Shown one piece after another: positions 35,885-48,800 of a DNA stretch of 64,000 bases. The position numbers and the translations under genes were made by a program. The stretch comes from Anaeramoeba ignava BMAN (lineage: Eukaryota; Protista; Anaeramoebae), in the NCBI GenBank assembly GCA_028826165.1, contig JAPDFW010000144.1, positions 47,001-111,000 of the forward strand, read 5' to 3'. Each line of letters opens with the position of its first letter. Position 1 is the first letter of the stretch. The notes beneath the pieces were generated by a model. The model worked only from the letters and a program-made list of their open reading frames with translations. It did no database searches and was not told where the DNA came from.

Positions 35885-37702
35885 ATGGAACACAAAAAAA
35901 ATGAATTTTTCTTTTTTGGAAGAAAAACATTTGAAGGATTAAAACCAGAAACAAGAAAAGAAGAAAAAGAAGAAGAAGAACTAATAATGAAGCCAACAGA
36001 AATCAAGCCATTAAAGAATCACAACGATCCAATAACGCAAGTAGCACCAGGATACACATCAATAACATTTCTAACGCAAAAGGGACAAGCATTTGAATAC
36101 ACACAAGAATCAGAAGATTACAAAGAAATTGAAGTTTTCGATGAAGAACAAGCAAAAAAAGGACCGCAAATCATCAAGAAAATCAGCGCAGGCTTGTACA
36201 TTCAGGCCGTTTTAACTACAGAAGGACATGCTTTTGGAAAAGGAAAAGACGTTAATAAAAATTCTGACGTTTTTTTTCCGTTAAAAATTTCGGACTCAAA
36301 AGAAAATATTTTTATCGACGTTGTTTGTGGTGAAAAAGCAATTTACTTGCTCAGCCAAAAGGGAAATGCTTATGGAATAGGCTCAAATACTCACGGGCAA
36401 CTTGGATTTGAACCGCCAAGAAAATCAGAGAGTTTGAACTTGCTTAAAAGAAACATTGAGAGGATTTTCTCTGGAATTTGCTCGAATTCCGTGTTTCTTA
36501 TCACTAGATCCAACATGGTTTTTGTTTGCGGAGACAACTTTTATGGTCAACTTGGACTGGAAAAAAATAACTTATCCAAAAATCATGAATTACGAGAAAT
36601 CGAAGAACTTCCAAAAAGGAAAATTATTGACATCAAGCTCGGAAATTACCACACTCTCATGCTTGTTGAAGACGACAATAATCCTCCGCCTATTAGTATC
36701 ATGGGTGTAAACCCCCTGAATCCGCGCACGCTTTACTCATGCGGAAGAGCAGGTTATAACGGGATTAGCGAAAAAGACGATATTTCGCAATTTACGGAAG
36801 TAAAATCAAGTTTATTTAAAGATGATAATATTCTTGAAATTTCAGTTGGAATGAACCACTCATTGATTTTAACAGCAAACGGAAAAATGATTGGATTCGG
36901 CTGCAACGAAGATGCCCAATTAGGCACTGGAAACACAGATTTTCATCCGACTCCTTTCGAAATAAAACTTCCTGATTTGTTTTTCGATATCGATAATTAT
37001 CACATTACTTGCGGCGATTTCAACTCGTTTCTCTATTACTCTTTCTTCTCAAGTATTCTGTTCGATCTTCTCCAACTTTTCGAAAAAAAGGAACTTTGTG
37101 ACATCACTTTCCAGACAAAAGGTGAAAATATTTCCGCCCATCGATTTATCCTCAATTACAGAATAGGCACAGAAGATCAAATCGATGAATTTCGAGAATA
37201 CATTTCACAAAAATCATCCAATGAAGCAAACGAAATTTTTCAACTTATCTATGGCAACTACCAAATCGATAAAAATCTTCGAGAAGAGTTCCAATTTGAT
37301 TTTAATTTGAATGAATCAATGATAGATACTTTGTCAGAAATGAATTTTTCTCAACAAGATCGTGATTTTGAAATTGTTAGAATTAAAAAAGAAATCAAAA
37401 AAGAAATCAAAAAAACAACTTTCCATAAAATCATTTTGTTTGCAAGAAGTAAATTTTTCAATAAAAAATTCCAAGAAGATGCAAATATGGAAAAATATGA
37501 TGAATTCAATGATTTTACTGATGAATCTTTTGACATTTTTCAAAACTGGATTTACACAAACAATTTAAGGTCAGATATTGTCATTACAAAAACGATTCTT
37601 CAAGATTTACAAGCAATAATGACTGGTTATGGATTGAATCAAACAATTCCAAATATTGTTTCCCAAGCAACCGAATTATTCAACAGGCAAAAAATGAATT
37701 AA
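35885..37702 (+). CDS. Divergent RCC1-repeat + BTB protein
   Basis: Same architecture (GSNTHGQLG, GDNFYGQLG, VGMNHSLIL, LCDITF..ISAHRFIL, FHKIILFARSKFF) with visibly higher GC. Confidence 0.85.
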   Translation: MEHKKNEFFFFGRKTFEGLKPETRKEEKEEEELIMKPTEIKPLKNHNDPITQVAPGYTSITFLTQKGQAFEYTQESEDYKEIEVFDEEQAKKGPQIIKKISAGLYIQAVLTTEGHAFGKGKDVNKNSDVFFPLKISDSKENIFIDVVCGEKAIYLLSQKGNAYGIGSNTHGQLGFEPPRKSESLNLLKRNIERIFSGICSNSVFLITRSNMVFVCGDNFYGQLGLEKNNLSKNHELREIEELPKRKIIDIKLGNYHTLMLVEDDNNPPPISIMGVNPLNPRTLYSCGRAGYNGISEKDDISQFTEVKSSLFKDDNILEISVGMNHSLILTANGKMIGFGCNEDAQLGTGNTDFHPTPFEIKLPDLFFDIDNYHITCGDFNSFLYYSFFSSILFDLLQLFEKKELCDITFQTKGENISAHRFILNYRIGTEDQIDEFREYISQKSSNEANEIFQLIYGNYQIDKNLREEFQFDFNLNESMIDTLSEMNFSQQDRDFEIVRIKKEIKKEIKKTTFHKIILFARSKFFNKKFQEDANMEKYDEFNDFTDESFDIFQNWIYTNNLRSDIVITKTILQDLQAIMTGYGLNQTIPNIVSQATELFNRQKMN

Positions 37703-37890
37703 TTTCATTCAACAAAATTTTTTCTTTTCTTTTCTTTTCTTTTAACTAATCAATTAAGAAAAATAATAAAACAAAAAAAGTGGAACACAAAAAAAATTGT
37801 TTTAAAAAAAAAAATTATTTATTTGAAGAAAGAAAAAAAAATAAGAATTAAAATTTTGAATTGAATTGAATTTTGAATTTTGAATTGAAT

Positions 37891-40800
37891 TTAATTTTTT
37901 GATTTAACTTTGATCGATTGAACTTTTTTCATAATTTCTTTTGCTTCTTTCAATAACATAATAGTTTTTTTCAATTGTTTTCTTCTTTGTTTAACTCCTT
38001 TATCTTCGTGCATAATATTAACCAAAAGTTCTTCATCATAAATACGAGTCATCAATTCTCCTTCTAAGTCTTTTTTCAATGGATTAACCATTGAATACAT
38101 AATTGATTTAGGAATTCCATCAAGAACAGAAGTTTTGACAGTTTCAAAATAAGAAGCAACAACTTCTCGAACTAACCAAATATCTCTTTTACTTTTGTTT
38201 TGATCACGGAAATTTCCTTGAGCATCTCGTTTGATGCTTGTGTACCAATTCTTTAATGAAACTTCGTCTTCTGCTATTAATTCGATTGTGTCTCTTCCGT
38301 GAATTATTTGTGTTGTTGGATGTCTCACTCGGAAATATAATTTGAGATCTTTAGTTGATAATTGTGATTTTTTAGATCGACTGAAAAATTTCCTTTTTTG
38401 TGGAACTTCTGGACCATCTGGGATTTGGATAAGTTTTTCTTTTTTTTTTTTAATGAATATTTAATTTAAATAATATTAATATTTATTTTGAATATTTATT
38501 TCGAATATTTTGAATATTTATTTTGAATAATTTATTTTAAATAATTTATTTTAAATAATTTGAATATTTATTTTGAATAATTTGAATATTTATTTTGAAT
38601 AATTTGAATATTTATTTTGAATAATTTGAATAATTATTTTGAATAATTTATTTTGAATATTTATTTTAATTAATTTGAATATTTATTTTGAATATTTATT
38701 TTAAATATTTATTTTAAATATTTATTTTAAATATTTAATTTGAATAATTTGAATATTTATTTTAAATAATTTGAATATTTATTTTGAAAAATTTGAATAT
38801 TTATTTTAAATATTTTATTTTGAATATTTATTTTAAAATATTTTGAATTTTTATTTTAAATAATTTGAATATTTATTTTGAATATTTATTTTGAATATTT
38901 ATTTTAAATATTTAATTTTATTTTGAATTAAATATTTTATTTTTAAAAATTTTAAATATTTTTTATTTAATTTGAGAATATTTATTTTAAATAATTTGAA
39001 TATTTAATTTGAATATTTTGAATATTTATTTTAAATAATTTATTTTTAATTATTAAAATAAAATATTTAGTTCTGAATATTTTGAATATTTATTTTGAAT
39101 AATTTATTTTAAATATTTTAACCTTTTTAATTTGAATAATTTAAATATTTATTTTGAATATTTATTTTGAATATTTATTTTTGAATATTGCAAATATTTA
39201 TTTTGAATATTTATTTTTAAATAATATTTCGACAATTTTGAATATTTAATTTGAATATTTAATTTGAATATTAATTTTTTGAATATTTATTTTTAAATTA
39301 ATCTTTTAATATTTAAGTTTTGAATAATTTGATCTTTTAATTTGAATATTTATTTTAAATATTTATTTTAAATATTTAATTTGAATAATTTGAATATTTA
39401 TTTTTAAATAATTTGAATATTTATTTTGAAAAATTTGAATATTTATTTTAAATATTTATTTTGAATATTTATTTTGAATATTTTGAATAATTTGAATATT
39501 TATTTTAAATAATTTGAATATTTATTTTTGAATAATTTGAATATTTAATTTAAATAATTTGAATATTTTAATTTGAATATTTTGAATATTTATTTTGAAT
39601 TTTATTTTGAATATTTTAAAATAATTTGAATATTTATTTTAAATATTTATTTTAAATAATTATTTTGAAAAATTTGAATATTTATTTTGAATATTTTAAA
39701 TATTTTAAATAATTTGAATATTTATTTTAAATAATTTGAATATTTAATTTAAATAATTTGAATATTTATCTTAAATATTTTAAATATTTTTTACTCGCAA
39801 ATTCAGGATCATTTTTCTTTTTTTCAAGTTCTTTTTTTGCATTTTCAATATCTTCTACAGTTTCAATAATACAACCTTCCAAAGGAACAACACCTAAAGG
39901 AGTTGAATCATTTGGATTATTAAAATAAAAGAGAGTTCTTGATTTCAAGACGACCCAACGTTGCTGCCATTTATTTGATTTTCCACCTTTTTTCATTAAC
40001 CATCCTTCCAAACTTTCAATAGTTTTATCTTCCGCAAATCTTCTAACATGCAAAGAAGGATGTTCAAAATTGATGTAAGCAAGCTCCATTTCGACAATCT
40101 GAGTGACTAATTCAATTGCAGGTTGTCTTAAAGATGATAATAATTCTTTTGATATTGCAAGTATTCTTTCTTTTAACATTGGAAAGTTTTGAAACTCTTG
40201 GATCTTCTGTGCTGTATCTGCTATTATATCAAGAAGATCCTTTTCTACATTCACAACACAGTTTCGGCATGGTTCAATTAATTGGGATAATCCAACTCGA
40301 ATCGCCCAATGAAATGCTTTTTCTGGTACTCCTAATCGAGATATTGCTCCTTCAGAGTTTTGGATGAAGTTTTCAATTTCTTTACAGGTTTTTCAAATGA
40401 ATTTTAATTTTGATTTTAATTTTGATTTTAATTTTGATTTTAATTTTGATTTTAATTTTAATTTTAATTTTAATTTTAATTTTAATTTTAATTTTAATTT
40501 TAATTTTAATTTTAATTTTAATTTTAATTTTGATTTTAATTTTAATTATAATTTTAATTTTAATTTTAATTTTAATTTTGATTTTGATTTTAAATTTAAT
40601 TTAATAAATTAATTTTGATTTTAATTTTAATTTTAATTTTGATTTTAATTTTAATTTTAATTTTAATTTTAATTATAATTTTAATTTTGATTTTAATTTT
40701 AATTATAATTTTAATTTTAATTTTAATTTTAATTATAATTTGAATTTAAAAGAGAATCTGCAATACTCTCATCTGTTAAAGCTTCATTTAATTGAAGTCT

Positions 40801-43444
40801 CTCAATATCCCTAATAAGTGATTTTGTAAAATGATCTCTAATTTTTGCACCACCAAGTAATTTATGCGCATATTCTGTTATTGTTGAATCATCAACATCA
40901 GAACTTGTTCCATCAATAACATTCTTTAATTCTTGTGAAAATCCTGATAAAGAACGGAAAGCAATCTTCATTTATTTAATAAACATTAAAAATAATTAAA
41001 TTTAAAAATGATTTTTTTTTCAATCATTAAATTCCATTTGAATTTCCATTTTTCTTATTGAAAAATTATTTTATAAAAACCTGTTTCTTTTGAGAGTCTC
41101 CTTCATTTTCTCCAATACGTTCAAGTTCTTTTTGTGCTTTTGCTAATTGTTCTTCAACATCCTTCCAAATTTGAGGAAGACTTTGTTGAATATGTTGTAT
41201 TAATTTCTAAATTTTGAAATAAATTTTGAAATAAATTTTGAAATAAAATTTGAAATAAAATTTGAAATAAATTTTGAAATAAATTTTGAAATAAAATTTG
41301 AAATAATTTTTGAAATAATTCCAACTTGATTTAATAAACTCGCAAGATAAGGTGTTCCTAAACGATGTGAAATTGATGAATATCTTTCATGATTCTCAAA
41401 AAATTCTTTTTCTGCATTCAATGCATCTTGAATTGATGTATTTGATTCAATATCTTTTTGACCTCTATTAACAACTCCAATAAATTTCATTCCAATCACT
41501 TTTCCTTCAAGAACATCTAAAGCATCTGTTCCTTCATCCATTAAATCAAGTTTTGTCAATACTCCAATTGTTCGATCACCTTAAATCAAATGAATATTTT
41601 CAGTTGGAATTATTTTTAATTCTTTTTCTTGAAATTATTTTTTTTATTTGATTTCAAAATTTCATACGATTTGGATCAACACTTTTTGCAAGTTTTAATG
41701 AATCTGAATTTGCAAGATCGTTATTTGCTGGTGATACTGCAAGAATGATACAATTTGGTCTTTTAATATAATTCAAAACCATATCTTCGATTTGTTTTTC
41801 AATATCTTCAGGTTGATCACCTTAATTTTTATATTAATTTTCATTTTAATTTTAATTTTAATTTTGATATTAATTATAATTTTGATTTTAATTTTTAATT
41901 TTAATTTTAATTTTTAATTTTAATTTTAATTTTAATTTTAATTTTTAATTTTAATTTTAATTTTAATTTTTAATTTTAATTTTAATTTTAATTTTAATTT
42001 TAATTTTGATTTTAATTTTAATTTTAATTTTAATTTTAATTTTAATTTTAATTTTAATTTTAATTTTAATTTTAATTTTAATTTCAATTTTAATTTCATT
42101 CATAATTTCATTCATAATTCCATACCAACAGCAATTTTTGTTACACCAGGAAGATCAATTAAAGTTAAATTAACAACATGAGGAGAATATAAACGCAAAT
42201 TAATAGGTAAAGGAGATAATCCTTTATTTCTTCCAGTTACTCTATCTGTATCTCTCTCAATTTCTTCTCGAATTTCATTAAAATCATAAAATTTTTCTTT
42301 ACTTTTATGTAAAAAAACTCCATATTCTTTTTTCCAATTTTTTAAATTTAAATTTTTAATAATTCATTTTAATTTCGAAATTTTTTGTTTGAAATTATAA
42401 TTCACCATTATTTAATGAAGTGTCTCGAATTAATTGTAAAACTAATGGTCTTCTTGTTACTATTCCTGTTCCTCTATTCATTGAAAATTATTCATAAATT
42501 ATTTGTTTTTTATGATTGTTTTTTATTTTGTATTTAATTACCTTGGAAGGAAATCTCTTCCTACAACATTTTCAAGTACACTACTTTTTCCAGAACTTTG
42601 ACATCCAACAACCGCAATTTGTGGTAAATCAAGATTTGCTATTCTAAGTAGTTTTGAAATTAATTTTGAAATTGATTTTGAAATTAAAATTGATTTTGAA
42701 ATTAAAATTAAAATTAAAATTAAAATTAAAATTAAAATTAAAATTAAAATTAAAATTAAAAATAAAATTAAAATTGAAATTAAAATTAAAATTGAAATTA
42801 AAATAAAAATTGAAATTAATATTAAAATTGAAATTAAAATTAATATTAAAATTAAAATTAAAATTAAAATTAAAATTAAAATTAAAATTAAAATTAAAAT
42901 TAAAATTGAAATTAAAATTAAAATTAATATTAAAATTAAAAATTAAAATTAAAATTAATTTTAAAAAAAAAATCATGAAAATTAAAATTAAAATTTCAAT
43001 TGAACCATCATTTTTGTCTTTTTATGACGATGAGATTTATGACTTTTATGAAAAATCTTATCTTTGACTTTATTAATTTGTTTTTTGATCAAATGACGAG
43101 GTTTTTGATTTTTATGAAAAATCGTTTTCTTTTTTTATTAATTTTTAGGATCGTTTTTTTCATTATCATTATCGTTTTCATTATCATTATCATTATCATT
43201 ATCATTATCATTATCATTATCATTATCATTATCATTATCATTATCATTTTCATTTTCATTTTCTTTTTCATTTTCTTTTTCATTTTCATTTTCTTTTTCA
43301 TTTTCTTTTTGTATGATGTGTGTGATGTCTTGAATGACTTGAATGACTTGAATGAGTTGATTTGTGATGATGTCTTGTACTTTTATGTGTATCTTCTTTC
43401 TTGGTTTTTTTTTCTTTTTCTGAATCGTTGTTTGAATCACTCAT
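37891..43444 (-). CDS. Dynamin-family GTPase with GTPase, middle, PH and GED domains; about 10 exons; first exon low-complexity and error-ridden
   Basis: [76 protein letters not shown] ([31 protein letters not shown]), GED ([16 protein letters not shown]). GT-AG introns at 42474-42541, 42327-42405, 41821-42125, 41580-41667, 41207-41325, 40966-41080, 40380-40766, 38439-39794; first acceptor at 42644. Start codon is tentative. Confidence 0.9.
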
Positions 43445-44119
43445 TTGAATTTTTTAATTTAAAAAAAAAAAAACTTGAAAAAAAAATAAATTTAAAAAGA
43501 AAAAAATGATTGAAAAATTTTTTTTTTGAATTAAAAATTAAAAAAATAAAAAAAGGAAAATTGAATTTGTCAATCCTGTTTATTGTTACAATTTAGAATT
43601 AAAATTAAAATTAAAATTAGATTTGTTTTTTTAATTTTTTATTTTAGAATTGAAAAGAAAAAAGTGGAACAAATCAAATCAAAAAATGGAAATTAAAATT
43701 AAATTGAAATTAAAAATGGAAATTGAAATTGAAATTAAATTGAAATTGAAATTAAATTGAAATTAAATTGAATTTAAATTGAAATGAAATTGAAATTAAA
43801 TTGAAATTAAATTGAAATTAAAATTGAAATTAAAATTGAATTAAATTGAAATTAAATTGAAATTAAATTGAATTGAATTGAAAATTAAATTGAAAATTGA
43901 AATTAAATTGAAATTGAAATTAAATTGAAATTAAATTGGAATTAAATTGAAATTGAAATTGAAATTGAAATTAAAATTAAAATTAAAATTAAATTAAATT
44001 GAAATTGAATTAAATTGAATTTGGGAATTGGAATTGAATTGGAATTGAATTGAAATTAAACGGAAATTAAATTGGAATGAAATTGAAATTAAATTGAAAT
44101 TGAAATTGGAAATGATGAA

Positions 44120-47100
44120 TTATTTTTTGTGACAACATTTTGTTTTGCAAAATCCACAATGAGTTTTCCAAGAAAAACACATCATTTTAACACTCTTATT
44201 ATTTTTACTATAAGAAACAGCAACAAAAGCAAAAAGTCCAAGAAAAGTAAGTCCACATAAAGATCCTATAACAGCTCCATAACTTTTTAAACTACTAATA
44301 GATTTAAAACTTCGGATTTTAGCATCACTATATCCAGATCTATGATAATTACCTCTACTTGAAGGCCATAAAATATTTGAACTTCCTGAATCTGGAATAT
44401 TATAAGCAACAACTCCAGCATAAACAGTATTGATAACAATTTGTATATTATTTGTTCCTGCTATTCTTCCTATTGATGGTGCTGGAAGTGATCCTCCCCA
44501 TGTAACTGATGATGATCTTGGTGATGGTAAATCGATTGAATGAATTATATCTCCTGAATATGAAAGAATGATTAATTTTCCATTTTGATATGAACCAATT
44601 TGTGCCCATGTTGTTATTATGATTTCTGCATGCCCATCATCATCTATATCTACTATAGCTGGTTCAGATGAAAAATAAATTGTTCCTGATCCTGAATATG
44701 CACAATATGGCCAATTGTAATGTTCACTTTTATCGAGCCAATATGCATGAAGACATCCATCATATCCTGACCAAAGAATTTCAACATCTCCCTTTTATTT
44801 ATTTTGATTTTAATATTTATTTTGATTTTGATTTTGATTTTAATATTGATTTTAATTTTGATTTTGATTTTGATTTTAATTTTAATTTTGATTTTAATTT
44901 TAATTTTGGATTTTGATTTTGATTTTGATTTTAATTTTGATTTTGATTTTGATTTTGAATTTGATTTTGATTTTGATTTTGAATTTGATTTTGATTTTGA
45001 TTTTCATTTTGATTTTAATTTTGGTTTTAATTTTGATTTTGATTTTAATATTTATTTTGATTTTGATTTTGATTTTAATATTGATTTTAATTTTGATTAA
45101 TATATTTAGTTAATTAAATAAATACATCTCCATCAATATCAACTGGAACTGCATGCCATTGTGGAGTTTCAATAACACTATAATTATCAGAAACAACATG
45201 ATTTGTTACTGGAACAACAGTCCAATCATACTTTGAGCTAACAAATCTAGTTCTATCAATATTAACAATAAAAGGACTAAGAAATTGAACATCATATCCT
45301 CCTATAATTTTAATTTTGAATTTAATTTTAATTTTGATTTTGAATTTGAATTTGAATTTGATTTTGATTTTGAATTTAATTTTGATTTTGATTTTGAATT
45401 TGAATTTGATTTTGATTTTGATTTTGATTTTGATTTTGATTTTGATTTTGATTTTGATAAAAAGAATGAGTAAAATTAATTTGTACCTCCATAGCAATCA
45501 TATTGATTTGTGATAATGATTATCTAAACAAATTAAAATTAAAATTAAAATTAAATTATAAAAAAAGTGGATTAAAAAAATAATGATAATAATAATAAAT
45601 ACTCTTTTTTCTCCATCAATATCTGCAAAAGAAACTCCACTATCTGCAAGATTTCCTCTTAAATTATGAACACTACAATCAATCCAACCTTGATATTCAT
45701 AAGCAACATCTAAATAAAAAGCAACATCTCCCCAATATTGACCACCTCCTCCAAATACATTATTTGCAATAAGTGGAGTTGCATTAATATCATAAACACA
45801 TATTGTACAAACATCACTTGGCACAAAAAGATATGTTTTTGTTGTTCCATTAATTGTAAAAGTTTGGACACCTTGTGTTTCATCATAAATTCCAGCAGAA
45901 CCTCCTGGTGTCTAAAATATAAATATAAAATATAAATATAAATATAAATATAAATATAAATATAAATATAAATATAAATATAAATATAAATATAAATATT
46001 AATATAAATATTATTATAAATATTAATATATATATATAAATATCAAATATAATTATAAATATAAATATAATTATAAATCAAAATTAAAATATAAATATAA
46101 ATATAAATATAAATATAAATATAATTATAAATATTAATATAAATATAAATATAAATATAATTATAAATATAAATATAAATATAAACATAAATATAAATAT
46201 AAATATAAATATAAATATAATTATAAATATTAATATAAATATAAATATAAATATTAATATAAATATAAATATAAATATAAATATAAAATATAAATATTAA
46301 TATAAATATAAATATAAATATAAATATAAATATTAATATAAATATAAATATAAATATTAATATAAATATAAATATAAATATTAATATAAATATAAATATA
46401 AATATTAATATAAATATTAATATAAATATAAAATATAAAAAAAATAAATATAAATATCAAAATATAAATTATAAATAATATATAATAAATAAATTAATAT
46501 AAATATTTAATATTATAAATATAATTTATAAAATATTATATAAATATAAATATTAATATAAATATAAATATAAATATAAATATAAATATAAATATAAATA
46601 TAAATATAAATATAAATATAAATATAAATATAAAATAAATATAAAATATAAAAATAAATATAAATAATATAAAAATATAAATATAAATATAAATATAAAT
46701 ATAAATATAAATATAAATATAAATATAAATATAAATATAAATATAAATATAAATATAAATATAAATATAAATATAAATATAAATATAAATATAAATATAA
46801 ATATAAATATAAATATAAATATAAATATAAATATAAAATATAAATATAAATATAAATATAAATATAAATCAAAATTAATATTAATATAAATATAAATATA
46901 AATATAAACATAAATATAAATATAAATATAAATATAAATATAAATATAAATATAAATATAAATATAAATATAAATATAAATATATACAGATGATTGTCTT
47001 TGAGGCCATCCTGATAAAACATTTCCTTGATAATCAACAACATATGTATTAATATTACTTCCTTGAGCAATTCCTGCTACAATTTGATAATATCCATCAC

Positions 47101-48068
47101 CATTAAAATCAGCAACTGTTAAAGAACGAATTTCATTAGATGCAACTTGTTTTGGAAATCCTGGTTTCATAATTCCATTTAAATCCATAACACTAATCCA
47201 TCCATTTGAATGTCCCATAACAATTTCAGTTTCTCCATCATGATCAACATCAGCAAGAATAACTCCAGGCCCTAATTTAATATTTAATATTTAATATTTA
47301 ATATTTATTATTTATTATTTATTATTTAATATTTTATATTTATTATTTAATATTTAATATTTAATATTTAATATTTAATATTTAATATTTAATATTTATT
47401 ATTTAATATTTAATATTTAATATTTAATATTTAATATTTAATATTTATTATTTAATATTTATTATTTAATATTTATTATTTAATATTTATTATTTATTAT
47501 TTATTATTTAATATTTAATATTTAATATTTATTATTTAATATTTAATATTTAATATTTAATATTTAGTATTTAATATTTAATATTTATTATTTAATATTT
47601 AATATTTATTATTTAATATTTATTATTTAATATTTATTATTGGAAAAAAAACAAACAAGTTCTTCCAACACTAGAAGCTGAAGATTCATTTGAACCATGA
47701 CCAGCTGCAGCTGTCCATTCAATATCTCCTGTTGCTCCATCAATCATCCAAACAGAATAAGAAGCTGCAACAACTTTTCCTTGTGATTCTAAAAGAGCTG
47801 GTGAAGAATACCTTTTAAAAATAAATTAATAAATTTATAAATAAATAAAACAAATCCTTTCATCAAATTTTTTTTTAATCAATCAAAAAAAAAATTCAAT
47901 GAAAAATATTAAAAAAAATAAACTTTACCAACCAGTGTCACACCATGAAGAATAACAACCAACATAAGACCATAATAATTCTGGTTTAGAAATTGAATTT
48001 GAAGCTTGATTTAAACAAACCATAACAGAAAAAAACAAAATTATTGTTATTTTTATTGTTTTTTTCAT
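44120..48068 (-). CDS. FG-GAP/VCBS-repeat beta-propeller membrane protein, copy 1 (signal peptide, 7 exons, C-terminal TM helix, Cys-rich tail)
   Basis: Spliced: [134 protein letters not shown]. Confidence 0.85.
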
Positions 48069-48800
48069 TTTTCCAAAAAAAAAAATTAAAAGAAGAAAAT
48101 TAAAAAAATTTTTTGGGGTTTTCAAAAAGAAAAAAAATTTGGGAAATAATCTTTTTTTTCCTCATTTTTAAGAAAGTGGAAAATTTTTTTTATTGAAATT
48201 AAAATTAAAATTAAAATTAAAATTAAAATTAGATTTGTTTTTTTTAATTTTTTATTTTAGAATTGAAAAGAAAAAAGTGGAACAAATCAAATCAAAAAAT
48301 GGAAATTGAAATTAAATTGAAATTGAAATTGAAATTAAAATTAAATTGAAATTAAATTGGAATCGAAATTAAATTGAAATTAAATTAAATTGAAATTGAA
48401 TTAAAATTGAAATTGAAATTGAATTGAAATTGAAATTGAAATTGAAATTAAATTGAATTTGGAATTTAAATTGAAATTGGAAATGAAATTGGAATTAAAT
48501 TGAAATTGAAATTGGAATTAAAATTGAAATTGAATTGAATTGAAATTAAATTGAAATTAAATTGAAATTGAAATTAAATTGGAATTGAAATTAAATGGAA
48601 ATTGAATTGAATTGAAATTAAATTGAAATTGAAATTAAATTAAATTGAAATTAAATTGAAATTAAATGGAAATTGAAATTAAATTGAAATTGAAATTGGA
48701 ATTAAAATTGAAATTGAAATTGAAATTGAATTGAAATTAAACGGAAATTAAATTGGAATGAAATTGAAATTAAATTGAAATTGAAATTGGAAATGATGAA

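Noticed and set aside
40729-40766. Apparent non-GT donor or trans-splicing in dynamin after [10 protein letters not shown]
   Set aside because: A canonical GTATTG donor at 40766 splices in frame to the acceptor at 40380 ([15 protein letters not shown]).
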